Part shown: positions 10,620-22,800 of the stretch, in pieces | Position numbering within the stretch: position 1 is the first letter of the stretch | How the letters are laid out: each line of letters begins with the position of its first letter | Source of the DNA: Mycoplasmatota bacterium | GTDB lineage: Bacteria > Bacillota_I > Bacilli_A > MAG-NZ | Direction of reading: 5' to 3' | DNA: 64,000 nucleotides | Assembly: GCA_018394315.1 (NCBI GenBank) | Contig: CP074575.1 | Coordinates: forward strand, 1,768,615 to 1,832,614 | Notes under the pieces: generated by a model | Told to the model about the DNA's origin: nothing | The model's database searches: none | What the model saw: only the letters and a program-made list of their open reading frames with translations | Made by a program: the position numbers and the translations under genes

Positions 10620-10973
10620 TTATACCACCTTAATCAAGACTTTCGTATCTTTTGATTCTATATCAATAACAAGGCCTTTTGAAGAATCCAATAACAAATT
10701 AAAGTCTTGTTTAGAAATAATAAATTCTTTATGCTTATTGATAGCTCTTATAATCACTCCTGAAAACATCTTTACTAAAAAAATCGGGAATGGGATAAAT
10801 GTGATAACTTTTAATATTTTATTCGGAAGTGGCTCATTAGAAATATTTATACTGACTTTTACAAAACTCGATTTAGAGTGTATGAGTTTCCTTAAATCAA
10901 ACAATTTGTCATACGCTTCAACAGGTGCGATCTCGTTTTTTTCAAGGTCTTTCAGTATCACGTCTTTATTCAT
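10620..10973 (-). CDS. Hypothetical protein, first gene of the DUF2089 operon
   Basis: Tightly coupled ORF with AGGAGG RBS; C-terminus resembles 9874-10254 (VIDIESKD). Confidence 0.65.
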   Translation of the reverse strand: MNKDVILKDLEKNEIAPVEAYDKLFDLRKLIHSKSSFVKVSINISNEPLPNKILKVITFIPFPIFLVKMFSGVIIRAINKHKEFIISKQDFNLLLDSSKGLVIDIESKDTKVLIKVV

Positions 10974-11099
10974 ATTATCCTCCTTGTAGTTTACTTTATT
11001 AACTATATGATTAATAATATTAATTTATAACTTAATTATATTAATAAATCCTACCTTTGTCAAACAAAATAAAAACTAACTTTTGAAATATGTTAGTTT

Positions 11100-11306
11100 T
11101 TAAATACTTATTTCCTTTATTTTAATTAGTTCGATAATCGCTTGCGTTCTGCCTTTTACTCCTAATTTTTGAATAACGTTTGATATATGGTTTCTCACGG
11201 TTTTTTCACTAATCGAAAGCTTTGCAGCGATTGAGGACGTATCGTACTTTTTTAGAACTAAGTCAAATATTTCCCGTTCACGCTTTGTCAAGATACTATG
11301 AGACAA
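11100..11306 (-). CDS. gerE: GerE, stand-alone LuxR-type HTH sporulation regulator
   Basis: LTKREREIF...ISEKTVRNHISN..QKLGVKGR. Confidence 0.88.
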   Translation of the reverse strand: MSHSILTKREREIFDLVLKKYDTSSIAAKLSISEKTVRNHISNVIQKLGVKGRTQAIIELIKIKEISI

Positions 11307-11337
11307 TTAAAATCCCCCACTTTTTTCAATTCACTCT

Positions 11338-11345
11338 ATCATATG
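11338..11345 (-). promoter_or_regulatory. Putative SigK/SigE-type -10 box (CATATGAT) upstream of gerE
   Basis: Matches the CATA---T consensus ~30 bp before the start. Confidence 0.45.
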
Positions 11346-11353
11346 CCGTAATG

Positions 11354-13168
11354 CTATTCAGTGCTACTATTTAATTTAATTAATATTTTCTCTGATAGCT
11401 GTCTTGATAAACCAATATTTATTAAATCCTGAATACTACAATCTTTTAGTTCACTAATCGAAGAGAATTTTTTAAAAAGTAATCTTCTTCTTTTAGGTCC
11501 AATTCCATCAATATCATCAAGAATTGATGAAAAAGCATTTTTTGTTCTTCGCTGACGATGATAGTTTATTGCATATCTATGTACTTCTTCTTGAATTGCA
11601 TTCAGTAGTTTATATGAATTTGACTTTTTGTTTAGTTTTACTTCTTCATACTCAGAGTTGATGACAGAACTAGTGTTATGATTTTTATCTTTCTTCAAAC
11701 CTATAATGTTTAATTCTAAGTTAAGTGTATCTAAAACTTCCTTTGCAGCTCTTAATTGACCCTTACCGCCATCAACTATAACCAAGTCAGGTTTTTGCAG
11801 ATCATCAGTTATCACTTTCAAATATCTTCTATAAATAACTTCTCTCATAGTCGCATAATCATCGGGCCCATCAACAGTTTTTACTCTGTATTTACGGTAA
11901 AGGTTTTTAATTGGCCTTCCATCTATATAAGTAACCATTGCACTCACTGAATCTACTCCCATTAAATTTGAGTTATCAAATGCTTCAATAATACTAACAT
12001 GGTCCAATTCAAGAATTTCTGCTAGTTCCTTACATGCGTTTATGGTTCTATCTTGTTTTCTTTTAAAAAGGAGTTCTTGTTGTTCCATCATAACTTCAGC
12101 ATTATTTATTGCCATTTCCAATATTTTTTTCTTATTCCCTATTTTTGGAGTAATTACTTTAATCCCTAGTAACTCAGATAAACTAGAAGTTTCATCAAAC
12201 TGAACAAGTATTTCTTTCGGTTTTGGGTGATTGTAATTAGTATAATACTGCGCTATATAACTGTTTATTGCATCAACCTCATCTTCATAAAAGTCTGTAA
12301 TCGATATATCTCTAGCAACAATTTTGCCTTGTCTCATAAAGAAAATAGATAAACATAGCATATTTTCTTTTATATGATAACCAAAGATATCGCGATCAGT
12401 AAAATCGTTTAATGAAATTTGCTGCTTCTCGACTGTCTTCTCTATATGCGAAATTAAATCTCGGTACTCTTTTGCCTTTTCATATTCTAAGTTTTCACTA
12501 GCACCATTCATCTTATCTTTTAATTTATTTATTACTGATTTTGTATCCCCGTTTAAAAACTTATATATTTCCTCTTTAAGACTTATATATAGATTTGTAT
12601 CTACAGTTTTTATACAAGGCGCTAAGCACTGTCCCATGTGATAATATAAACACTCTCTTTTTGGTAATTTAACACAATTTCTAAGTGAATAGATTTTATT
12701 GAGTAATTTAACAGTTTCGTTCGCAGAGAAACTATTTGGAAAAGGTCCATAAACTTTTCCATGCTTCTTCTTTGGGTTTCTAGTAACTATTAATCTTGGA
12801 TGAACTTCGTTAGTAATTTGAATATATGGATATGTTGCATCATCATTTAACTTAATATTGAATTTTGGGGAGTGCCTTTTGATGAGATTCAGTTCTAAAA
12901 CTAAAGCTTCTAACTCTGTTTTAGTAATAACGAATTCTAAATCATAGATTTCAGAGACAAGCAAAGTCGTCTTCAAATCATGGGCACCTTTAAAATAAGA
13001 ATTTACTCTTTTTCGTAAGTTCTTTGACTTCCCTACATAAATAACTGTATTACGTTTATCTCTATAAAGATAGCATCCTGGTACTTCAGGAATAACTTGT
13101 AACTTATCGGTAAAGTTTTCTACTCTCATAGTTCCTCCCTCATGAATAATTATATCACAAAGGACCAA
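11354..13168 (-). CDS. uvrC: Excinuclease ABC subunit C
   Basis: GIY-YIG N-terminus (PGCYLY, IYVGKSKNL), FDNSN, DGGKGQ, HhH. Confidence 0.97.
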   Translation of the reverse strand: MVLCDIIIHEGGTMRVENFTDKLQVIPEVPGCYLYRDKRNTVIYVGKSKNLRKRVNSYFKGAHDLKTTLLVSEIYDLEFVITKTELEALVLELNLIKRHSPKFNIKLNDDATYPYIQITNEVHPRLIVTRNPKKKHGKVYGPFPNSFSANETVKLLNKIYSLRNCVKLPKRECLYYHMGQCLAPCIKTVDTNLYISLKEEIYKFLNGDTKSVINKLKDKMNGASENLEYEKAKEYRDLISHIEKTVEKQQISLNDFTDRDIFGYHIKENMLCLSIFFMRQGKIVARDISITDFYEDEVDAINSYIAQYYTNYNHPKPKEILVQFDETSSLSELLGIKVITPKIGNKKKILEMAINNAEVMMEQQELLFKRKQDRTINACKELAEILELDHVSIIEAFDNSNLMGVDSVSAMVTYIDGRPIKNLYRKYRVKTVDGPDDYATMREVIYRRYLKVITDDLQKPDLVIVDGGKGQLRAAKEVLDTLNLELNIIGLKKDKNHNTSSVINSEYEEVKLNKKSNSYKLLNAIQEEVHRYAINYHRQRRTKNAFSSILDDIDGIGPKRRRLLFKKFSSISELKDCSIQDLINIGLSRQLSEKILIKLNSSTE

Positions 13169-13170
13169 GG

Positions 13171-14610
13171 TTACCCTTGATCCGGTTTACGATTTTTTAC
13201 AGGAGGTTCTACTATTACTTCTCCTTCAATTGATTTCACTTCTAAGTTTTCAATTTCATAAAATTCATTAAAGTTTCTAAAGTGAAAATCTCCTAATGGG
13301 TTATCAATAACTATATCTTTAAAATAAACACTTTCTAAAGTGATATCACCCTCACTATTTGTAATATTTAGTTTTTCACCTAATCTAAGATAACTATCTA
13401 TATCACTTAGAAAAATAAATCCATCATCTACTGTAATACTCAATTCTACCGCCCACGAATCTAAAAGGTTTATGTTCCCTTCGTCAGATGTAATTGTCGC
13501 TTCTTGAACATCTACTTTATACATATTAATATCTCCACTATCAATTTCAATATCTAACACATCTGAATCATAGTGAAACATCTCAATATCGCTTTCTCCA
13601 GCATCAATATCTATTTCGTTAATTAATAAATCAGCAGGAACTGATACAGTCAACACCCCCTCATAAACTCCGAAGAATCCACCATTCAATTTATCTTCAT
13701 AAGTTTTAATATCTATTTTATTATTTTCATAATCAACAGAATATTTAAATAAGTCATCCATATTATATTCGTGAGTTATTTGTAACTCAGTTGATAAATT
13801 TCTAACTAGGTTAATATCTAAGTCGCCTACATCAATTTTAATGCTATAAGCCTCTTCTTCAATAATCTCTTCTGATAAGTCTTCTGGAAAAGTATTCTTA
13901 ATTGTTGGTTGGGCTCCTATTGTTGAAAGAATGTCATTATCAACTGTTGTGATAATCAAGAACGATATTGCTACTAAAGATATAGCAATCATACCTAAGT
14001 TAATGAAAACATTTCTTCCCATCTTCATTCTTCTCATCCACTCAAATAAAGATACCCGTTTAATCAGTCTAGATGTAGTCTTGTTTCTAGGAGACAATAC
14101 CTTAACATTCATTATTAAAATGTTTCTTATCACAATTATGGATATTTCTACCAAACCTAAGATTAGTAAAATCAACAGAGAATAAACTCCAAATGCTAAA
14201 ACTATAATAAGAATAATATCATTTATTCCAAAACTTGGAAGTGTTGCAATCACAAATGGAAATGTTACAAAAGTTGCAAATACCGACAGTGAAAGAAACA
14301 CAAGTAACGGGATTAACCAAGATGCTACAAAAACATCAAACATTAGTACTAATACCGCTCTTACAGTATTAATATCATCATTTCTTGCAGACTCCCATTT
14401 TTCAGGCTTTATACCATATGAAGAATATATCCGTTTAGCAAGGTCAAAGGGATCGCCCAATGATTTAATTATTTCTTCATCTGTTTTATTCTCAAATCTT
14501 TTCTCTTCATCAAATCTACTTCTATAATAATCTAATATATCATCAGCAATTTCCTCATCGAGTAAAATTAGTTCTTCATCAAGTTTGCGCAAATATTCTT
14601 TTTTTGTCAT
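13171..14610 (-). CDS. DUF1700 (HAAS)-TM-DUF4097 membrane protein
   Basis: MTKKEYL..L...DILDYY...LGDP N-terminus, TM helices, acidic beta-repeat C-terminus. Confidence 0.7.
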   Translation of the reverse strand: MTKKEYLRKLDEELILLDEEIADDILDYYRSRFDEEKRFENKTDEEIIKSLGDPFDLAKRIYSSYGIKPEKWESARNDDINTVRAVLVLMFDVFVASWLIPLLVFLSLSVFATFVTFPFVIATLPSFGINDIILIIVLAFGVYSLLILLILGLVEISIIVIRNILIMNVKVLSPRNKTTSRLIKRVSLFEWMRRMKMGRNVFINLGMIAISLVAISFLIITTVDNDILSTIGAQPTIKNTFPEDLSEEIIEEEAYSIKIDVGDLDINLVRNLSTELQITHEYNMDDLFKYSVDYENNKIDIKTYEDKLNGGFFGVYEGVLTVSVPADLLINEIDIDAGESDIEMFHYDSDVLDIEIDSGDINMYKVDVQEATITSDEGNINLLDSWAVELSITVDDGFIFLSDIDSYLRLGEKLNITNSEGDITLESVYFKDIVIDNPLGDFHFRNFNEFYEIENLEVKSIEGEVIVEPPVKNRKPDQG

Positions 14611-14686
14611 AATTTCACTCCTAACAATCTTTATTATACACTACTTATCAAGTTTATACAATCGAAAAAAAAGAGGCATAAACCTC

Positions 14687-15016
14687 TTATAATTGTTTTA
14701 AAATATCATCGATTTTATTACCATATTCCAGGGATTTATCATATTCAAATACCAAATCAGGGACTTTTCTAAGTTTCATCTTTTTAGCTATTGTTGATCT
14801 AATAAATCCTTTAGCTTTAATTAACGATTTTCTAACTGCTTCTTTTTTAGCATCTTGTCCTAGGACAGTATAATAAATAGTTGCAGTCGATAAATCTTTT
14901 AATACTTTAACTTCAGTTACGGTTACAAAAGAAATTGTTTTATCTTTCAATTCCCTTTGAAAAATCACTGAAATCAGCCTCGTCATTTCACTTTCTATTT
15001 TTTGAATGTTAGGCAT
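14687..15016 (-). CDS. rbfA: Ribosome-binding factor A
   Basis: VTVTEV..DLS.A, AKGFIRS, RKVPDLVFEYD; follows infB. Confidence 0.95.
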   Translation of the reverse strand: MPNIQKIESEMTRLISVIFQRELKDKTISFVTVTEVKVLKDLSTATIYYTVLGQDAKKEAVRKSLIKAKGFIRSTIAKKMKLRKVPDLVFEYDKSLEYGNKIDDILKQL

Positions 15017-15024
15017 TCTTTCAC

Positions 15025-16848
15025 CTACTTTTCTTCAGCCATTATATAGCACTCAATAATGTCTCCAACTTTTATATCATTATAGTTTGCTATTGTTATA
15101 CCACACTCATAACCACGATTAACTTCTTTAGCATCATCTTTAAATCTTTTAAGTGATGATAATTCTCCTTCATAGATTACTATACCATCTCTAATAAGCC
15201 TAATCATAGAATTGCGGTATATAACACCATCTGTTACATAACTACCTGCTATAGTCCCAATTTTAGAAGCTTTAAAGATATCTCTTACTTCTACTTGACC
15301 AGTAATCTTCTCTACATATACAGGATCTAATAAACCAGTCATTGCTGATTCTAATTCTTCGATAACTTTATAAATTATATTATGTAAGCGAATATCTACT
15401 CCGCTTTCTGCCGCAAGATTTCTAACCTTTGCAGTAGGTCTAACATTAAAGCCAATAACAATTGCATTTGAAGCCAACGCTAAGGTAATATCAGTTTCAG
15501 TTATTGTTCCAACACTTGCTCTAACAATGTTAACATCTACACCCTCTACATCAATATTAGCTAATGATCCTTTTAAAGCTTCTACTGACCCTTGGACATC
15601 TGCTTTAATAATAATATTAATATCCTTAGTGTCTCCGCCCTGTAAATTCGCAAATAAATCTTCTAAAGATACTGCTTTGCTTGCTGTCTTATCATTTTTC
15701 CAAGCAGCATGGGCTCTTTCTTCAGCTGTTTGTCTTGCAACTTTATCATCTTTTAAAATCATAAATTTATCGCCGGCTTGTGGTACTTCATTTAATCCAG
15801 CAATCTCACAAGGCATGGAAGGTCCAGCCTCGTCTATATTATTTCCTAAATCATCTCGCATCATTCTAACTTTTCCATATGTATTACCTACTACGATTGA
15901 ATCTCTAATTCGCATAGTCCCATTTTGTACTAATAAGGTTGCTACTGGACCTGTACTTTTATCTAGCTTTGCTTCTACAACAGTCCCTAAAGCTAAGCGG
16001 TTTGGATTTGCAGTAAAACTCTCAACTTCTGCTACTAATTGAATTACCTCTAATAGATTTTCAACACCATCACCTTTTAATGCAGAGATATTACAAAAGA
16101 TTGTATCTCCACCCCATTCTTCAGGTATTAAATTATACTCAGTTAGTTCTTGCTTCACTCTATCTGGATTTACACCTGGTTTATCAATTTTATTAACTGC
16201 AACAATGATTGGTACATTTGCAGCTTTTGCGTGATCAATTGCTTCGCGCGTTTGAGGCATTACCCCATCATCAGCAGCAACAACAATAATTACAATATCA
16301 GTAACTTGAGCTCCACGAGCCCTCATTTCTGTGAACGCAGCATGACCTGGTGTATCTAAGAAAGAAATCTTTTTCCCGTTTTTTTCTACTTGATACGCAC
16401 CTATATGTTGTGTAATACCACCAAATTCTCCAGTCACCACTCTACTAGATCTAATTGCATCTAGAAGTGTCGTTTTACCGTGATCAACATGCCCCATAAT
16501 AGTTACAACTGGAGGTCTTTCAACTAGGTCTTCCTCTTCATCCTCAATAGTAAATTCATCAAATCTTAAAATATCAGTTACAACTTCATCTTTTATTTCA
16601 ATATTGAAATCCTCTAGAACGACTTCCAAAGTCTCACGATCTACTACTTGATTTTGGTTTGCCATAACACCTAACATCATTAATTTCTTAATTAATTCAG
16701 TAACAGCGATTTTTGTAGAATCTGCAACCTCAATTAGAGTCATATCATCCTTAAAGTATAAAACTGTTTCAGAGTCATTTACTTTTTTAGGAGCATTTGA
16801 AATTCTATCTTCTTTTTGTTTTTTCTTTTTATTCACACTCATATTCAA
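15025..16848 (-). CDS. infB: Translation initiation factor IF-2 (short form, 607 aa)
   Basis: [32 protein letters not shown]. Confidence 0.98.
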   Translation of the reverse strand: MNMSVNKKKKQKEDRISNAPKKVNDSETVLYFKDDMTLIEVADSTKIAVTELIKKLMMLGVMANQNQVVDRETLEVVLEDFNIEIKDEVVTDILRFDEFTIEDEEEDLVERPPVVTIMGHVDHGKTTLLDAIRSSRVVTGEFGGITQHIGAYQVEKNGKKISFLDTPGHAAFTEMRARGAQVTDIVIIVVAADDGVMPQTREAIDHAKAANVPIIVAVNKIDKPGVNPDRVKQELTEYNLIPEEWGGDTIFCNISALKGDGVENLLEVIQLVAEVESFTANPNRLALGTVVEAKLDKSTGPVATLLVQNGTMRIRDSIVVGNTYGKVRMMRDDLGNNIDEAGPSMPCEIAGLNEVPQAGDKFMILKDDKVARQTAEERAHAAWKNDKTASKAVSLEDLFANLQGGDTKDINIIIKADVQGSVEALKGSLANIDVEGVDVNIVRASVGTITETDITLALASNAIVIGFNVRPTAKVRNLAAESGVDIRLHNIIYKVIEELESAMTGLLDPVYVEKITGQVEVRDIFKASKIGTIAGSYVTDGVIYRNSMIRLIRDGIVIYEGELSSLKRFKDDAKEVNRGYECGITIANYNDIKVGDIIECYIMAEEK

Positions 16849-17147
16849 TTCACCTCTTCTAATAATTTATGGATTGCCTTAGAGAAACCTTCATCTAAGC
16901 AAGCACAAACTACTCGATTATTTTTACCTATTGCTTGCGATATTTCATCTATTGAAAAATCACGATTCAACTTAACATTATTATGCAAACACTTATTAGT
17001 AATCTTTTTTGTAGTATTAGGTCCTGTATCAGTCCCTAAGAAAACTATTTTTGCTTTACTTATGTTTTTAATAACCATTTCTTCTCCAGAAATTAAGTTC
17101 CCAGATTTCATCGCTAATCCTAATAGGTTAAGAATTTTTTTCTTCAT
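16845..17147 (-). CDS. ylxQ: L7Ae-family RNA-binding protein YlxQ
   Basis: [15 protein letters not shown]; position in the nusA operon. Confidence 0.88.
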   Translation of the reverse strand: MKKKILNLLGLAMKSGNLISGEEMVIKNISKAKIVFLGTDTGPNTTKKITNKCLHNNVKLNRDFSIDEISQAIGKNNRVVCACLDEGFSKAIHKLLEEVN

Positions 17148-17412
17148 AATAATTCAATAATTCATTATAGATTTCTTCGTCGATCTTAGTATCAAATACT
17201 CTATCAAACAATTTTTTACTCATAGCTTTTTTAATATTCGCTTTTGTTAACGAGATATAAGCTCCTCTTCCATTAGCCTTACCCGTCTCATCTATAAAGA
17301 TCATCCCATCTTTATTTTTAACAATTCTCACCAATTCTTTTTTTGGTAATCTTTCACCCGATACAACGCATTTTCTTAGCGGTATCTTCTTACTCATCTT
17401 TATCACGCTCAA
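17128..17412 (-). CDS. ylxR: YlxR/RnpM RNA-binding protein
   Basis: KIPLRKCV, KELVRIV, GKANGRGAY. Confidence 0.92.
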   Translation of the reverse strand: MSVIKMSKKIPLRKCVVSGERLPKKELVRIVKNKDGMIFIDETGKANGRGAYISLTKANIKKAMSKKLFDRVFDTKIDEEIYNELLNYYEEKNS

Positions 17413-18490
17413 CTCTTTCGAAATGTAAATCCTCCTTTAGTGCTTCTGTCAAGGATTTAATATCGATTTTCCATCCGGAAGCTTGTACGGCTAATCTTAC
17501 GTTTTGTCCACGTTTTCCAATTGCTAAAGATAAATAATCATCAGCAACAATTGCGATTGCTTCTTTTTTCTTTGGATCTATTATAGCTCCAACTGTAACT
17601 GCAGGTTGTAAACTATTTGCAATCAAATACTTAGGATCATCGTGCCAAGCAAATACATCCACCTTCTCACCATCTAATCCACGTATTATTTCCTTTATTC
17701 TTGAACCGGCGTGCCCTAAACAAGCCCCAATCGGATCAACATTTTGATCGAAAGACATTACAGCAACTTTACTTCTATCTCCTGCATCACGAGCTAATCC
17801 CATTATCTCAACAGTTCCATCCATTATTTCTGGAACAATATTTTCGAACATTCTACGAACAAGGTTTCTATCTTTCCTTGATACATATATTTTAGGTCTT
17901 TTTTTATCTGCCTCAATTTCTACTTTAGTAATATAAACTCTTATTCTATCACCAATTTTAAACTGATCTCCTGGTACAAGTTCATTAACAGGCAAATTTG
18001 TAACAGTATTTTTTTCTAAATTAAGAGTAATGAAACTTTCATTCATTGCGACTACAATAGCCGAAATCATTTCATTCTCTAAGTTCTTAAAGTAATTATA
18101 AGCTAGTTCCTTTTCATAATCGCGTAATCCTTGATTTAATATTTGTTTAGTTTGTGAAGCGGCAAGTCTACCAAAATCCTTTGGAGTAATTTCTATATTA
18201 ATAACGTCTCCAATCTTAGCGGATTTTCTAGTTTTCAATGCTTCATGTAATGTAATATACTCAGCTTCATTACCATCCTCTGGAACTTCTTCAATTACTT
18301 CTTTTCTTGCAAATAACAGTATTTTATTTTTTTCAGGTTGAAATTCAACGACAACATTTTCTGCTTTATTATGTTGCTTCTTATATGCACTTTCTAACCC
18401 TTTTCTAAAAATTTCTAACAATCTTTCAACTGGAATTTCTCTTTCTACAGCGAGCAATGATAATACTCTAAAAAAATCTTTACTAATCAT
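17390..18490 (-). CDS. nusA: Transcription factor NusA
   Basis: FGRLAASQTKQ, ARDAGDRSKVAV, LSLAIGKRGQNVRLA. Confidence 0.97.
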   Translation of the reverse strand: MISKDFFRVLSLLAVEREIPVERLLEIFRKGLESAYKKQHNKAENVVVEFQPEKNKILLFARKEVIEEVPEDGNEAEYITLHEALKTRKSAKIGDVINIEITPKDFGRLAASQTKQILNQGLRDYEKELAYNYFKNLENEMISAIVVAMNESFITLNLEKNTVTNLPVNELVPGDQFKIGDRIRVYITKVEIEADKKRPKIYVSRKDRNLVRRMFENIVPEIMDGTVEIMGLARDAGDRSKVAVMSFDQNVDPIGACLGHAGSRIKEIIRGLDGEKVDVFAWHDDPKYLIANSLQPAVTVGAIIDPKKKEAIAIVADDYLSLAIGKRGQNVRLAVQASGWKIDIKSLTEALKEDLHFERVERDKDE

Positions 18491-18502
18491 TTTATTCTTC
18501 TC

Positions 18503-18940
18503 CTAAAATTTTATTGCTAATCTAATAGTAGCAACTTTATCATATGGAATTTTGACATCACCTTCATCTAAATAAATACAATTCCCCTTAACTTCATGTA
18601 AATAACCATAAAACTCCTTTTGATTATTAATCTTTTCAAATGTTTTTATAAAAACATATTTACCGACTGATTCTTCAACTTCACCAATATTTCGTAATTT
18701 TCTTTCAATACCAGGACTTGACACTTCAAGATTATATTCGTTAGGAATCAAATCATCACCAATTCTATCACATAATAGTCTATTAAGCTCTACACACTCT
18801 TCAATTTTGATTCCTTCTTTTGTATCAGCCAATACTCTTAAAACCCAAGACGAATGTTCCTTTTTATATTCTAAATCATAAAAATCCAGTTCCAGTTCCT
18901 CACAAGCTTTAATAATTATATCTTTTATCTGTTTATTCAA
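18503..18940 (-). CDS. rimP: Ribosome maturation factor RimP (likely TTG start at 18940)
   Basis: YNLEVSSPGIERKL; GGAGG RBS before TTG. Confidence 0.93.
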   Translation of the reverse strand: MNKQIKDIIIKACEELELDFYDLEYKKEHSSWVLRVLADTKEGIKIEECVELNRLLCDRIGDDLIPNEYNLEVSSPGIERKLRNIGEVEESVGKYVFIKTFEKINNQKEFYGYLHEVKGNCIYLDEGDVKIPYDKVATIRLAIKF

Positions 18941-18967
18941 GTAATGACCCTCCTTAACCATTAATAA

Positions 18968-18991
18968 AGGAGTGGGTTTGTCCCCACTCCT
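18968..18991 (-). promoter_or_regulatory. rimP-leader hairpin/attenuator
   Basis: Perfect 9-bp stem AGGAGTGGG/CCCACTCCT followed by TTTATT directly upstream of rimP. Confidence 0.7.
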
Positions 18992-19036
18992 ATTTCTAAT
19001 TTAGCTTGTTAATTTTACCATAGTAGCTACTCAATG

Positions 19037-19738
19037 TCAAATTCTAAAAACATACATTAAAATGCTTCCAGCTGTTGCGACATTTAATGACTCAATTGTA
19101 TCAGTTTCGATAAAAACAACATCGTCGCATATATTTAATATCTCTTTACTAATTCCTCTACTTTCATTACCTAAAATAATGGCAATTTTACCATCAACGG
19201 TATGATTACTAAGTCCTTTACCATTTAATGCTGAACCTAAAATATTGTAACCATTTAGTTTTGCAATTTCAGTTAATAAATCTCCTTTGATAATTTCTAC
19301 CTTAAATATTGCTCCTTGAGTGCTACGAAGTACTTTATCATTATAAATATCACAAGTATCTTTACTTACAATAATCTTCGAAAATCCAAATCCAACAGCA
19401 CTTCTAATTAAAGTCCCCAAATTCCCAGGATCACTTATATCATCTAGTATTAATATTCTGTTCGAATCATTCTTGATTTCGGTTATTTTACAAACTCCTA
19501 TTATTTTTTGTGGGCTTAAAGATTTACTAATTTTATCGATTATCTCTTTAGTCACAATAGTAACATTCTCAAAATCATAATTTTCTGTACATAGCACTTC
19601 TAACAGTGCACCAGAACTCTTCGCTTCTTCTACTAAATGAAACCCTTCAACAAGAAACTTTTTTTCTTTTAATCTATTCTTTTTGTTGTTCAAACTATTA
19701 ATATATTTAATTTTATTGTTTGTAAGTGATTTTATCAT
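19037..19738 (-). CDS. TrmH/SpoU RNA methyltransferase
   Basis: DPGNLGTLIRSA, GNESRGI, ESLNVATAG. Confidence 0.92.
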   Translation of the reverse strand: MIKSLTNNKIKYINSLNNKKNRLKEKKFLVEGFHLVEEAKSSGALLEVLCTENYDFENVTIVTKEIIDKISKSLSPQKIIGVCKITEIKNDSNRILILDDISDPGNLGTLIRSAVGFGFSKIIVSKDTCDIYNDKVLRSTQGAIFKVEIIKGDLLTEIAKLNGYNILGSALNGKGLSNHTVDGKIAIILGNESRGISKEILNICDDVVFIETDTIESLNVATAGSILMYVFRI

Positions 19739-19807
19739 ACAATCATCTCCAAAGTTATTATAACTGATATAAAGAAATAATCTAGAACTAAAATATAAAT
19801 ATTCTAT

Positions 19808-22800
19808 TTAGTTGCTAGAAAGTATGGATTTTACTACCTTTATTAAAACATCTACAATTTCGGGATCAAATTGTGTTCCTTTTTTGGACATCAATTCTTT
19901 TATCGCATCATCTATACTGATTTGATCACTATATAATCTTTGAGAAGTCATTATGTCAAAAGCATCACATACAGAAATAATTCTTGAATAAAGTGGTATC
20001 TCTAGACCCTTTAGTCCATAAGGATACCCAGAACCATCCCATTTTTCGTGATGATGTAAAACACTTTCTGCAATATGGTCAGAATTCAGTATATTAATAA
20101 TAATTTTATACCCTGCATCGGAATGCTTTTTTACTTCTTCATATTCCTCCGATGTTAGTTTTCCAGCCTTATTCAATATATCATATGAAACTGAAATCTT
20201 ACCAATATCATGTAATTTTGCCGATAAAGAAATATCTGACAATTCTCCATCTCTGCTAAATCCTAACTCTTTCAATACTTCACTCGCTAAAAATGCTAAT
20301 CTTTCACAATGCTCAGTGCTTTCTTCCGTCTTTTCGCTAAGAGTATAAAGAAGTGTATCTAGTATTCTACTTTTACGACTAGATCTATTTGAAAGTTTTT
20401 TTCTATACATCACATTTTCAGCTTCAGTAAATGCATTTTTGAATGCACCTGGATCGTTTTTAAGTACAATTTCATAGCCTGTTGATACACTAATTTGAAA
20501 ATTATTTCTAATACTATAATCTCTTAGGAAGATATCGACCTCTTTTATTTTATTATCTATAATTTTAGAATCTATATCCCTTAATATAATCGAAAATTCA
20601 TCGCCTCCGATTCTAAAAATAAAATCATCTTCGAAGACATCTTTAATAAAATCTGAAAAGTCCTTCAACACTTTGTCACCCATGTAGTGACCATAAATAT
20701 CATTTACTAATTTAAGGCCATCTATATCGAAAATGACAATTGTATAAACATCAAAACTTATTTCTCCAGTGAAATCCTCAAATTTGTTTCTGTTATAAAC
20801 CTCAGTAAGCATATCCATTTCTGCTAAATATTTAATCTTTCTTTCATTAAGAACTTCGTTAGTAATATCTTTCAAGAATCCTCCAACAGCTACAACAGTT
20901 CCATTGCTTATTCTTTCTTGAACTTGTGAATTATGTTCAAAATACAATATTTTATTATTAATTGGAGTTTTATGCTTAGTAACAAATTTTGATACCCCAT
21001 CAACTTCACCTTTTATTATTTTTTTATATTCCTTGTTAACTTTCGAAAACAGTTCACGTCCCTCTTCATCTAATAATAATGTATTGTAGTAATCATCATA
21101 TTTTATAAAATTTTGATCAGTAGTTATTTCTAATTTATCTAAAAAAACATCATTTACATATATATTATTACCAAAGTTATTCTCTAAATAGTTGATATTA
21201 AAGACTAACAACTCACCAGCTCTTACTGCAAGTTTGTTGAACCTTTGGTATTTATTGATTGAATTCTGTAACATCTCATTTAATTTTTTCTCATTTATTT
21301 CTTTGGTAACTTCAATCAAATATCCACTTAGATAACTAACTTTGCCATTTGATTCTCTGCTATGTACATTCACAAAATGTTTTGCATAAAGAACATTACC
21401 CGTTTTTAAATTTTTATGCTTTACAAGTATTTCTTTAAAGCCGTCAATTTTACCCTCATGTATCTCTTTTGTAAGGTGTTCAAGCTCATTTTCGGATAAA
21501 GAGTATTCATCATTTTCAATAATAGTATCAAGGTATTGTTCAATTGAAATTAATCCATCACTATTCTTGTCTAATCCTAAGATTTCAATAAAGTTTTCAT
21601 TCCCATAAAGGTATTCTCCGTTAGGGTGGTCGGTAAAATCAATACTAAAAATTAATAGATTCGACATTTCTATAGCTAATCTGTTAGCTTTATTTACTTT
21701 CAGAGTTTTCTTACTTAGCAAGTTTTGATATATTTTCGATTCAAATAAATCAGTAATATCAATGGCTGCACCTGAAATGGTATTAACAACACCATTATCA
21801 TCTTTGCTAACTGCATTAGATCTGATTTCTAGCCAATTTAAAAATCCTTTAGAATTAAATAAAGGAATTATAGATTTATATTCATTTATTAAACCGTTCA
21901 AAAGCGCTTCATATTTTTTCTGATCGTCTTCAAAAAATGTTATATACTCTGGATATTTGTCTATTACTTTTTTCTTGGCTAATTCCCACTCATTACTACT
22001 TGCAAACCCTAAGTTATTGGAAGTACAAAGATTACTAAAACCATAAAGTTCTCTAATCTTATCATTATATTTAAATTCTTCCTTACCGTTTTCAATTGAC
22101 ATAATCCAGATGCCTATGTTTGAGTTATTTAGTCCTTTATCAATGATCTTCTCAAACAGTTCGCCTTCTAACTTCGCTGCAATTTCATCAGAAATTATTG
22201 TATCAACGCCTATAATTAAAATTGGCTTCTTCTGTTTATCACGAGAAACTACTTTTCCAATTGTTTCAATCCAAACAATTTCATTATTTCTACTTAATAT
22301 TGGATACTTTCCATGCCAGGTATCAGTAATACCTAAAATACAGTCATCAAATGACTTTTGTTCAAGTCTAATTAGTTCTTTATATTCAGGTCGTAAATCT
22401 GCAGCTCTATTCATCATATCTTGAAAATCACTTATACCAGTAGTATAGTTCTCATTCTTGGTTCCATACAAAATATAACTGTCATAATACTGTTCATAAC
22501 CTTCAGAAAAGTCGACCCACCAAAACTTCGCGCTTGAAACATCGCTTATATATTCAAGCATATTTGATAGTGTATTATGATATCTCAAAAACTTATCAAT
22601 TTTAGGAGATACTAAATAACTATATATATATTCATCATCTAACTGAATGATCTTTTTACAGTAAACTGTCCGAATAGAGTCTTTACTCTTAAATTTGAAC
22701 TTTCTAAACTCCTCTTCTGTTTGAGCATTCTTTATAAATTTAACTAAATTATATATATCATTATTTTTGACAATTTCCTTATTATCATCTTGAATATATG

